A stretch of 58,597 nucleotides of DNA. It comes from Chiloscyllium plagiosum. Taxonomy: Eukaryota. The stretch lies in contig NC_057719.1 of NCBI RefSeq assembly GCF_004010195.1, forward strand, positions 61,188,928 to 61,247,524, read 5' to 3'. Shown one piece after another: positions 48,327 through 58,597 of the stretch. Position numbers and translations under genes: made by a program. The notes beneath the pieces are model-generated. The model did no database searches. It had not been told where the DNA came from and saw only the letters and a program-made list of their open reading frames with translations. Position 1 is the stretch's first letter. Each line of letters begins with the position of its first letter.

Positions 48327-48435
48327 GAGCAGTACAGTGGCTCAGTGGCACAACATAAGGCACCCAGGTTCGATTCAACCTTCGGACAATTGTTTGTGTG
48401 GAGTTTTCACCTTCTCCCAGTGTCTGTGTGGGTCT
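48327..48435 (+). mobile_element. HE1 SINE 5' fragment
   Basis: GTGGCTCAGTGG, GGTTCGATTC, TGTGTGGAGTTT.. Confidence 0.85.
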
Positions 48436-49448
48436 TTATATCTTCTAGTTGTTTTTTTGTAAGAGTACAGCACCAACACCCACATCACTCGCATCAAATA
48501 GCCACCTTAAATGGCTTTGTGTAATTAGGTTTGCTAACGTTGCAGCAGTGGTCAACACAGCTTTCGAGCTGTTAAATGCCTTCTGACACTCTTCTGTTCT
48601 TCAACAGGTCAGTCAGTCAGTGGAGCAATCACACTGCTAAGATTGTTAAGAATTTTCAATAAAAACCACTCAGTCCCAGGAATCATGGTACTTCCCTTTT
48701 CATCAATGGTTTGGGACACACCCCAATAACTTGCACTTTCACATCCCGTGAAACCATATGTCCATGTCTAATGACATGGCCCAGGAATATGACCTGGGCT
48801 TTTGTGAATTCACTCAACCAGATTTCTCACCAAGCCCGCCTCCTGCAATTGATCGAATAATTTTGCAAGATGCTCAAATATGTGACTAAAAAAGTCACCA
48901 AATTGTTGATGTATACAACACAATGGGGCAAGCCTGAAAGAACCATATGGGTTAGTCTTTGAAGTTTAGCTGGCACATTCTTCAATACAAGTGCATGACT
49001 TTAAACTGGTAAAGTCCATTTGGTGTTAAAAAAGCTGAGATTTTTTTTTGCCTTTTCAGATAAAAGTACCTGTAATCTTCTGAGTAAGTCCAACTTAGAA
49101 ACATAAATTGCTTGCCCCGCCTTCTCAATATAGGCTTCCAGACACGGAACAGGACATGAATTGGATTTTGTACCTGCACTGAATATGCATAGTAAACATA
49201 ATCATTGGATACCATTTGGTCTCAACACAATTTCAACTCCATTAGCTGCAATGCCTCGAAAGATGTTGTTTAACAGCATTTTCTATCTATATCATGCATA
49301 ATTATGCTAGTACTTCCCAACCTAGTCCCACATACCTCTCTATATGATTGTAATAGCTCTTTCAGGTCATTTTGATTTTCCTCTGGAAGGCAACTCAATA
49401 ATTTATCCCAATTTTTGGTCCTCATTGTCCAATTTAATATTATTACTG
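48432..49448 (-). mobile_element. Gmr1-type Gypsy RT-RNase H fragment
   Basis: ISAFLTPNGLYQFKVM, WDKLLSCLPEENQNDLKELL, DASDVGVGAVLLQ. Confidence 0.88.
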
Positions 49449-49541
49449 TGGAGGTGATGTTAGTGATATTATCGCCAGACAATTAATCAGAAACTCAGCT
49501 AATGTTCTGGAAACCCGGGTTTGAATCATGCTACAGCATAT

Positions 49542-50845
49542 ACAGTCATAGAGTCAAAGAGTCCTACACCACAGGGACAGGTCCTTTGGCCCAAATTGGT
49601 CCATGCCAACCAAAATGTCTGTCCCCACTAATCCCATTTCTCTGCACTTGGCCCATATCCTTCTAATCCTTTCCTATTCATGTATTTGCCCGAATCCCTT
49701 TAAATGTTGTTAATGTACTCTCCTCAATGACTTCCGCTGACAGCTTGTTCCATATGCATATCACCCTCTGGTTAAAAAAGTTGCCCCTCAGGGTTCCCTT
49801 TTATTCTTTCCCCTGCAACCTTAGTCCTCCAGTCCTCAATTCCCCAACCCTAGGAAAAAGACTGAGTGCATTCACCCTATCCATGCCCCTCATAATCTTA
49901 TACATCTTGCTTAGCCTCGTACGCTCTGATGAGAAAAGTCATAGCTTGTTCAACTTTTCCCTACCACTCAGACTATTGAGTCCAGGTAACATCCTTGTAA
50001 ATTTCTTTTGCACTCTTCCCAGTTTAAAAACATCCTTCCTTTAACAAGGTGACCAAAATTGGACACAATACTCCAAGTGTGGCCTTAGCAATGTCCTGTA
50101 TAACTGCAACATAACTTCCCAACTTCTGTATTCAATGCCCTTACTGATGAAGGCCTGTGTGCCAAAAGCCTTCTTCACTACCCTGTCTACCTGTGACTCC
50201 ATTTTCAGAGAACTGTGAACCTAAACTCCATGATCCCTCTGCTCCACCATACCCTTTAAGGCCCTACCATTCACCATGTGACTTTCCAAAATTCAAGAAC
50301 TTACACTTATGTATATTAAATTCCATTTGCCATTTCTCAGCCCACTTCCCCAGCTGATCATGGTCCTGCTGCAATTTCTGATAACCTTCCTCACTGTCCA
50401 TGATACAGCCTATTTTAGTGTCCAAAGTTAAAAATCACACAACACCAGGTTATAGTCCAACAGGTTTAATTAGAAGCACACTTGCTTTCGGAGCGACGCT
50501 CCTTCATCAGGTGATTGTGAAGGGCTCGACCGTAACACAGAATTTATAGCAAAAATTTACAGTGTGATGTAACTGAAATTATACATTGAAGAAAATGATT
50601 GTCTGTTAGTGTCATCAGCAAACTTACTAACTATGCCTTGTACATTTCATCCAAATCATTGATATGGACAACAACAGCAATGGGTCCAGCACCAACCCCT
50701 GAGGTACTCCACGAGTCACAGGCATCCAATCTCACAAGCATCTTTCCACTATTACTCTCTGCTTCCTACAATCAAACCAATTTTGTATCCAACTTGCCAG
50801 CTTACCCTAAATTCCATGTGATCTAACCTTCCAGAGCAGCCTACT
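49542..50845 (-). mobile_element. CR1 LINE 3' portion nested in the LINE head
   Basis: Minus strand GVPQGLVLDPLLLLSISMI, KFADDT, LYRTLLRPHLEYCVQFWSP; CTCTATGA terminus. Confidence 0.92.
50423..50605 (-). mobile_element. Penelope pLTR fragment with hammerhead-like motif
   Basis: Minus strand CAC-CTGATGA-AGGAGC-GTC-GCTCC-GAAA-GCAA-GTG (50479-50513); 8 bp TSD TTAGTGTC at 50415-50422 and 50606-50613. Confidence 0.88.
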
Positions 50846-52699
50846 TATATGGTGGAATTTGAATTCAATAAAAATAAATCTGGAGTTAAGAATTTTCTGA
50901 TGACCACAAAATCATTGTTGATTGGCAGAAAACCCCATCTGATTCACTAATGTCCTTCAGGAAGGAAAACTGCCACCCATACCTGGTCTGGCCTATACGT
51001 GACTCCAGATCCACAGCAATGTGGTAGACTCCCAATTGCCCTCTGAAATCAACTTTGCAAGCAATTCAGTTGTTTCAATCACTGTTAAATCTCAAGTAAA
51101 TGAAACTAGACAGATCAGCTGGCATTGTCTTAGGTACCAGAAAAGACAATGGCACAAACAGCCCCATCAACTAACATCCTCCTCACTAACATCTGGGGGG
51201 CATTGCCAAAATTGTGAGAGCTGTGTCAAGCAACAGCCTGACATAATCATACTCGTAGAATCATACCGTATAGACATTGTCACAGAAACCACCACCACCA
51301 TGCCTAGATATGTCCTCTTCCGCCGACAGGGCAGACTTGACAGGGGTGGCGGCAGTGATATACAGTCAGGAGTAAGTTGTCCTGGGAGACCTCGACATTG
51401 ACTCTGGTTACTTTGGGTTAAATATTGGCAAGAAAACTTCCTGCTTATCACCATCCTACCTCAGCTGATGAATTGGTACTCAGTGTTGAACAACAGGTGG
51501 AGGAAGCACTGAGGATGGCAAGGCAAAAATATACACTGGGTCAGAAACAGTATGACAGATTGAGCTGGTCGGGTGCCAAAGAACATAGCTGCTGCTGCAC
51601 TAGGTCTGTGGCAGGTGGTGAGGGAACCAAGAAGAGGGCAAAACATACTTGACCTCATCCTTACCAAACTGCCAGCTGGGCACTGCAAAGGTTATGGGCT
51701 CTGACAACTTGCTGGGAATTGTACTGAAGACTTGTGCTTCAGAACTTGTCGCTCTCCTAGCCAAGTTGTTCCACTACACTTACATCACTGGCATCTACCC
51801 AACAATGTGGATAATTTCCCAGGTATTGTCTGTACATAATAAACAGGATAAACCCATCCTGACCAATTACCACCCTATTAGTCTACTCTTGATCATCTCT
51901 AAAGTGATGGATGTTGTCATCAACAACGTTATCAAGCAACACAGCCTCAGCAATAACCTGCACAGTGAGCCCTAGTTTGGTTCCGCCACGGCTATTCTAC
52001 TCCTGACCCCATTACAACCTTGGTTCAAACATGGAAAAAATAACTGAATTTCACACGTGAGGTGAGAGTGACAGCCCTTGACATCAAGGCAACATTTAAC
52101 TGAGTGTGGCATCAAGGAGCCTGAGCAAAACTGGGATTAATGGACATCAGGGGGCAAAATCTCTGGTGGTTAGAATCATATCTGACATATTGGAGGATGG
52201 TTGTGGTTGTTGGAGGTCAGTTATCTCAGCTCCTACATCTCTGTAGGAGTCCCTTGGGGTAGTGTCCTTCCATTTTCAGCTGGTTCATCAATGACCTTCC
52301 TTCCATCATTAGCTCAGAACTGGGGATGTTTGCCAATTATTGCAAAATGCGCAGCGCCATTGTGACTCCTCAGACTGAAGCAGCCCATGTTCAAATACAA
52401 CAAACTCTGGACAAAATCCAGATTTGGGCTCACAAGTGGCAAGTAACATTTGTGCCACACAATTGCCCATGATCATCACCAATACGAGACAATCTAAACA
52501 CTGGCCCTTACCATCACTGAATCTCCCACTATCAACATTCTGGGGGGGTTATCATTCACCAGAAACTCAACTGGACTCACCACATAAACACAGTGACCAT
52601 AAGAGCAGGTCAGAGGCTAGGAATATTGCAGCAAGCAACTCACCTCCTGACTCCCCAAAGTATGTCCACAATTTACAAGGCACAATCAGAAGGGTGATT

Positions 52700-55181
52700 G
52701 AATTTGGAAAATCTAGCAGGATTATTCGATTGACTGCAAGAGACAGGCTTGGTGAGAAATCTGGCTGAGTGAATTCGCAAAAGCCCAAGTCACATTCCTG
52801 GGCCATGCCATTAGACATGGACAGATGGCCCCATGGGATGTGAAAACAAGGGTTATTGGGGTGTCTTCCATACTACTGATGAAAAGGGAAGTACTACAAT
52901 TCCTGGAACTGAGTGGCTTTTATTAAAAATTCTTACCAATTTTAGCAGTGTGGTTGCTCCACTGTCTGAATGACCTGTTGAACAATGGAGGAGTGTTCAG
53001 AAGGCATATGACAGCCTGAAAGCTGTGTTGACCACTGCTCCAATGTTAGCAAACCTAATTACACAAAGCCATTCACCGTGGCTTTCGATGAGAATGATGT
53101 GGATGTTGGTGCTGTACTCTTACAAGAAAACAACAAGAGGATAGAAATGCCTATTGGGTATGTCACCCAAAAGTTAAATATTCATTGAAAGAAATATTCC
53201 ACCATTGGGAAAGAGACCTTGAGTTTCGTATTGGCATTGTAACATTTCAACATCTATTTTGCCAGTAATCTGAAACAATTGTACATACTGATCATAACCT
53301 CTTAACTCTTTTGGAAAAAAATTACAATAAAAATACGATACTGTTTCAATGGAATCTATTTTTACAGCCGTTAAATTTGAAATTGACATTGAAAATATAA
53401 TTAATGTCACATTGCTACGATTTTTATGAAAGAAGATGGAGGCATTCATTGTAGGAAGCCACGGACTGAGATGGACTGTAATATTGAATGTTTGCATGCT
53501 TAGGTTTAGAGGAATATATATTTATAAAATGTAGCATACTAATAACATGAGACTGCAGTCTTTGAAAATGAAGCCATTTTTCTTTATTGATGATTTTTTT
53601 TGTAAAGGAGGGGGAGGTGTGTCGACATATGCATTCAAGAGGGATTTGATCTGTTCTGTTTCTTGTAAAGAGGGATACAACTCCAATACATAGTTAAATA
53701 TTAATTTCTATGACAAAACCATGCTGGCTCTTCGCAATTAGCTTGGGATTTTAGAAGCACACCGCTATAACCTGAAGATGAGGTGTCTGCTCCAGGAAAG
53801 CAGGGTAAATCTGGGTTTTAAAAAAATCAAACAAAAGGAGCATGAGTGGGTGGAATCAGGTAACACTGACCTAGAGTTTTGTTTTCAGTTGGGGTTTTGG
53901 AGTTGAAGATGCTAGATACAGCTCTCTCTCGATGCTGCTGCAAAAGCTGGAGTTCTCTCTGCACTGCAAGATTCACTTTGTCGATTTTCCGTCTCCTGGA
54001 CTGGAGGGGATAGCAAGTGAGGGAAATCTGCTTTACTGATTTCGCCTTTGCTGAGTGTGTATTTATGGGATGTTGCTATAGTGAAACTGTTGAAGTGTAC
54101 TCGTTAAATAACACATCATCTTGTTAAGTATTTCAATAGTTAATGCTACGCCAATTCATTTTTTAATTTGTATTTTAAATGCAGTGTAAGAATAAAGTGT
54201 GTTTTGCTTAAAGCCTACTAGTTTGACCATATGAATCACATTTGGAATGCAGATTGACATTAAGATTGGTAGAGTAGCATATAGTGAAGGGGACTATCAT
54301 AGAAGACAGCAGAATATAAATAGATTGGAGAGTTGGGCAGAGAAATAGCAGATGGAGTTCAATCTGGACAAATGCGAGGTGATGCATTTTGGAAGATGAA
54401 ATTCCAGAGCAAACTATACAGTAAATGGAAAAGTCCTGAGGAAAATTGATGTACAGAGAGATCCATTGTTCCCTGAAGGTGGCAATTTGGGTCAGTCTGA
54501 CAGGGTATTGAGTACAAGCATTGGCAGGTCATGTTACAATTGTATAAGACTTTGGTTCGGCCACATTTGGAATACTGCGTACAGTTCTGGTCACCACGTT
54601 ACCAAAAGGATGTGGATTCTTTAGAGAGGGTGCAGAGGAGTTTCACCAGGATGTTGACTGGTATGGAGGGTTCTAGCTGTGAGGAGAGGTTGAATAAATT
54701 AGGATTATTTTCATTGGAAAGAAGGCGGTTGAGGGGGGACCTGATTGATGTCTACAAAATCATGAGAGGTGTAGACAGGGTGGATAGTAAGAAGTCTCTT
54801 CCCAGAGTGGAGGATTCAATTACTAGGGGTCACGAGTTCAATGTAAGAGGGGAGATATATGTGGAAAGTTCTTTACACAGAGAGTGGTGGGTGCCTGAAA
54901 TGCAGTGCCAGCAGAGATGGTGGGGCGGGAACGATAGCATCATTTAAGATGCATCTAGACAGACACATGAACGGGCAGGGAACAAAGGAGTACAGATCCT
55001 TAGAAAATAGACTGCAGATTTAGACAGAGGATATAGATCGGCGCAGGCTCGGAGAACCGAAGGGCCTGTTCCTGCACTGTAATGTTCTTTGTTCCTTACA
55101 ACTGCCTTTAAGTAAAATAAAATTTGTGGTCTAGGCAATGTCCTTGATATGTTTTGAAGGGGTTTGGTCTGGTCCATAACA
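52700..55181 (+). mobile_element. Gmr1-type Gypsy 3' part: RT C-terminus, RNase H, PPT and LTR (53618-55181)
   Basis: FAKAQVTFLGH, DVGAVLLQE, YTDHN; PPT GGAGGGGGAGG then TG; LTR ends GGTCTGGTCCATAACA like the LTR end at 22902. Confidence 0.88.
54255..55097 (+). mobile_element. CR1 3' fragment nested in the LTR
   Basis: MLQLYKTLVRPHLEYCVQFWSP..LERRRLRGDLIDVYKIM; GTTCTTT terminus. Confidence 0.94.
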
Positions 55182-56444
55182 ATGACATCACTTCTGCTTT
55201 AGGAGCGCTCTGCTTTAAATCTATATTCTTCCTGGCAAAGTGAACAACTTCACATTTTCCCCATATTATACTCCATCAGCCAGATGCTTGACTATTCACT
55301 CACCCTATCTAAATCCATCAGCAACTTTATTATCTCTTCTTCACAACATATTTTCCTAGATATGTTGACTCCTTTGTGACATGTAACAGGATTAATTAAG
55401 GATAAATCAATGAAGAGTTAATGCACCCCTAGAAAGCAGCCCACAATATGTTGAATTCTACATCCAATTTGAAAGGGAGAAGATGAGATCTTAAACTAGT
55501 GTTTTAAAATTAAATAAGGACAATTATGTGTGTATGAAAACTGAACTATCAGAAGTGAATGTGCATGTGAAACAGTGTCCAAGACTGTGGTATACATATC
55601 CAAGCCACAAATAATCCTGACAATGTCATTGGTCATGACAAATTGATCATTGTCATCTCTGTAAAGCAGAAGTAATCAGAGACACCTTCACAATGTCACC
55701 TGTGGGCAACAATTCACAAAAACAATCCAAGGCTGTAATGGCTGTACAAGAGCACAGAGCTGATTTCCTTCTATCTTGAAAAGTAATTATTTGTCAACAT
55801 GGTCTTGTATGAAATGTTGCTTTCTTGGGATATGGGGGTATTGTAAGATTCTAGTAATCCTATTGTACTTACAATCTCCTACAATATTTGCAATGACATA
55901 ACTTATTCTTCATACATTACAGGAAGGACCACTACTTCAAAGATCCATGTAGAGGTATTGCATGGCTTTCTTGTTGAAATCCTCCATACCCCAATGGAAT
56001 GAGAGAGCACACTAAACAACCATTTGTATGTGAGATGAAAATATTGACTGTTCATGTTAATAAGGAACCTGTTCTGTCGTTGTTATTCCCCACACAGGTG
56101 CATTGGAACCACAAACAATGGATACAACCACAGCAAGAGTTATTATAGAGCAACAAAGGCCCAGAGGTATTGAGGAACCGCACCCAAGAGCAGCAGCAAC
56201 CTCAAAAGGCTGCCAGCCAGGATGAACATGAAGTCATAACCAAAGGTCCCTTCAGGATGCTGAGACTGGGCAGGACACCCAGAATGTATTGTCTTTGATG
56301 CCATCCTGGAGGAAAAGGCAAAGTATAATGCCACTGCAACGTGAGGATAACCATCAAAACCATACCATTTCTGTTACTGGATTTGCGAACTGAGCAGGTA
56401 GATAGCCATCCTATTAGGTGGCTGTCAAGGTGACCAATTAAATA

Positions 56445-57320
56445 CATATTTTGATTCTGTCTTCACAAACATCCCAAAAATGCTAAGGTTTACAGGTCCA
56501 GTGACTGGGGACACTGAAGGAAATCCGTGTTAGCAGGAAATGAAGTTTGGGAAATTGATGGGACTGAAGATTGATAATTCTCCTGGACTAAATAATCTAC
56601 TTCCTAGAGTGCTTAAGGAAGTAGCTTTGGAAATAATGAATGCCTTGGCAATCATCTTTCAAGATTCTATACACTCCTCAACAGTTCCTATGAACTGGAG
56701 GGTAGCTAGTAAAAAGAGATAAAGAGATAAAGAGAAAATGGACTTCTCGACTGGTTGACCTGATATCAATAGGGTAGAAAATGACAGAATCCATTATCAA
56801 AGATATAACAGCAGAACACTTGGAAAACAATGCCAGGATCAGACAGCATCAACATAGATTCACAAAGGGAAATCATGCTTAGAAAATTTACTTGTTCAAG
56901 GATGTAACTAGCAGAATTGATAAGGGAAAGCCAGCAGATGTGGTTTACTTGGTCTTTTGATAAGGTCCCACATAAAAGATTAGTACGTAACATTAAAGTG
57001 CATGAGATTGGGGGATAGTGTACAGATATGGACAGAGAACAGGTTGTCAGACAGGAAACAAAGAGTAGGAATAAACGTGTCTTTTTACAAGTGGCGGGCA
57101 GTGACTAGAGAGGTACCACAGGGATTAGTAATGATTTGATGAGGGAACTAAATGTACTTTCTCCAGTTTGGGTGGGTGAGCTGTGATGAGGATGCAGAGA
57201 TACTTCAGTGTGATTTGGACAAGATGAGTAAGAAGGCAAATGCATACCAGAAGGATAATGTGGACGAATGTGAAGTTACTTCCACTAGTAGAAAAAAACA
57301 GGAATATAGGTTATCATCTA
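56445..57320 (+). mobile_element. CR1 ORF2 fragment
   Basis: LKIDNSPGLNNLLPRVLKEVALEI, QHRFTKGKSCL, FDKVPH. Confidence 0.88.
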
Positions 57321-57349
57321 ATTAGGGATAATGGTTAATTCACTGAGAG

Positions 57350-57960
57350 AAATAGGTCTTTCCCACTTAGACTGTCTACACACTTCACTTGAATCTTCCC
57401 TTTGTCACCCCTTTTCCAAAAAAGTAAAAGAAATATAGCTGATCCAATTTTTCCTCATTGCTAAAGTTCTCCATTCCTTGGAGTAATGTTCTACTTATCC
57501 TCTCTAATGTAATAATATCATTCCTTTAATGTGATGACGAGACTTGTGCATAATACTTTAAATGTAGCTCATTATTCTGGCACAACCTCCCTACTCTTAT
57601 ATTCAATGTCTCAGCTGACAACAGAAATTATCTCCCATACCTTCTGAACGACTTCATTGACTTGTCCTGTTGCTTTCAGGGACGTTTGGACATGTGCTAC
57701 AATGTCCCTTTGATCCTCAATATTTCTCAGTATGCTTTCAATTATTGTGTACACTCTTTCTTTGTTTGTTTTCTACAAATGCATTACTTCACACTTCTCA
57801 AGATTGAATTCCAATTGCTCATTTCTTATCCTCTTGATCGGTCCATTACTTTGCCCCAAAGCATATTAACGTTTTTCCTCACTATCAACCACATGGATAA
57901 TTTTTGGATCAGCAAACTTATTAATCATGCCTTTAATATGGAAGTCATTTATATGTACAT
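57350..57960 (-). mobile_element. Decayed CR1 RT C-terminal fragment
   Basis: Minus strand YINDFH..KFADPK, QLEFNLEKCEVMHL. Confidence 0.75.
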
Positions 57961-58044
57961 CGTAAAAAGACCTCTCAGGAGTGAAATTAGGAAACACTTT
58001 CAAACACTTTTGATGCTGGCAGTTTGAAACTTTCTTTCAAAAAT

Positions 58045-58505
58045 CATCCTGTCTATCCCCGGGCCGCATCTCTGTAGCTATGATAACCCAGTCCCATGTT
58101 CCCAACCATGCACTGAGTTCATCTGCCTTACCAGTCAAACCTCTTCCATTGAAATCAATGTAGTTTAATTCATCAGTCCTACCTCATTCCCTTATTTGTT
58201 CCTGCCTGCCTTGACTATTTGACATGCTCATTTTCCCAACTGCACTAGCCTCCCTTTTGTCACTATCTCTCTGAATCCCACCTCCGCACTCCTACTTACT
58301 AACTTAAATGCTCCTGGGTACATCTAGCAAATTTCCCTGCGAGAATATCAGTCCTCTCCAACTCAGGTGTAACCCATTTTTCTTATACAGGTCATTTCTA
58401 CCCCAGAAGAGATTCCAATGATCCAAAAATGTGTATCCTTCTCTGCTGCACCAGCTCCTCAGCTGCCCATCCATCTGCTCTATCCTCCTATTCCTACTCT
58501 CACTC
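58045..58505 (-). mobile_element. CR1 ORF1 (SGNH esterase-like) end and ORF2 start
   Basis: LRSWCSREGYTFLDHWNLFWGRNDLYKKNGLHL; NGRGLTGKADELSAWLGTWDWVIIATE. Confidence 0.88.
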
Positions 58506-58597
58506 ACCTGTACCTCTACCGTCCATAACCTCATCACCTCGGGGGATCTCCCATCCACCGCCTCCAACCTCATAGTCCCACAACCCCCCACCCCCCC

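Larger units (their letters stand above)
49450..52697 (+). mobile_element. Divergent CR1/L2-like LINE with tRNA-like 5' head (49450-49541 + 50849-52697), 3'-truncated
   Basis: Head homologous to the SINE at 20925; QQPDIIILVESY endonuclease; LKTCASELVALLAKLF..NYHPISLL, ALDIKATFN.VWH, FINDLPS RT motifs. Confidence 0.85.

Noticed and set aside
1..58597. Prokaryote-style systems (CRISPR array, operons, retrons, defence islands)
   Set aside because: The sequence is vertebrate repeat DNA. No array of near-identical short repeats with unique spacers and no intact gene cluster is present.

Overview
Eukaryotic, repeat-saturated non-coding DNA from a cartilaginous fish (shark; inferred from several HE1/V-SINE copies and their CR1 partner LINEs). 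I recognise no intact host protein-coding gene, rRNA, true tRNA or CRISPR array. Nearly all ORF-track entries are fragments of dead transposons or chance ORFs. Contents: many CR1 LINE fragments; six HE1 SINE copies or fragments; Penelope-like elements (RT + GIY-YIG) with hammerhead-ribozyme-like termini; several Gypsy LTR retrotransposons, including Gmr1-type elements with SCAN-like gag and integrase upstream of RT; a PIF/Harbinger transposon split by a 9.7 kb three-LTR Gypsy insertion; a divergent CR1/L2-like LINE with a tRNA-like 5' head; and a 162-nt N gap. The most notable signals are (i) short fold-back, hammerhead-motif-bearing Penelope-terminus insertions repeatedly flanked by 12-16 bp target-site duplications, one with an extra ~75 bp segment built into both hairpin arms, (ii) a five-unit tandem array of tRNA-like Pol III units, (iii) a LINE and a SINE sharing a Pol III head, and (iv) an inverted duplication of a degenerate Gypsy segment. 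All calls come from reading the sequence by eye; boundaries are approximate unless anchored by TSDs or TG..CA termini.
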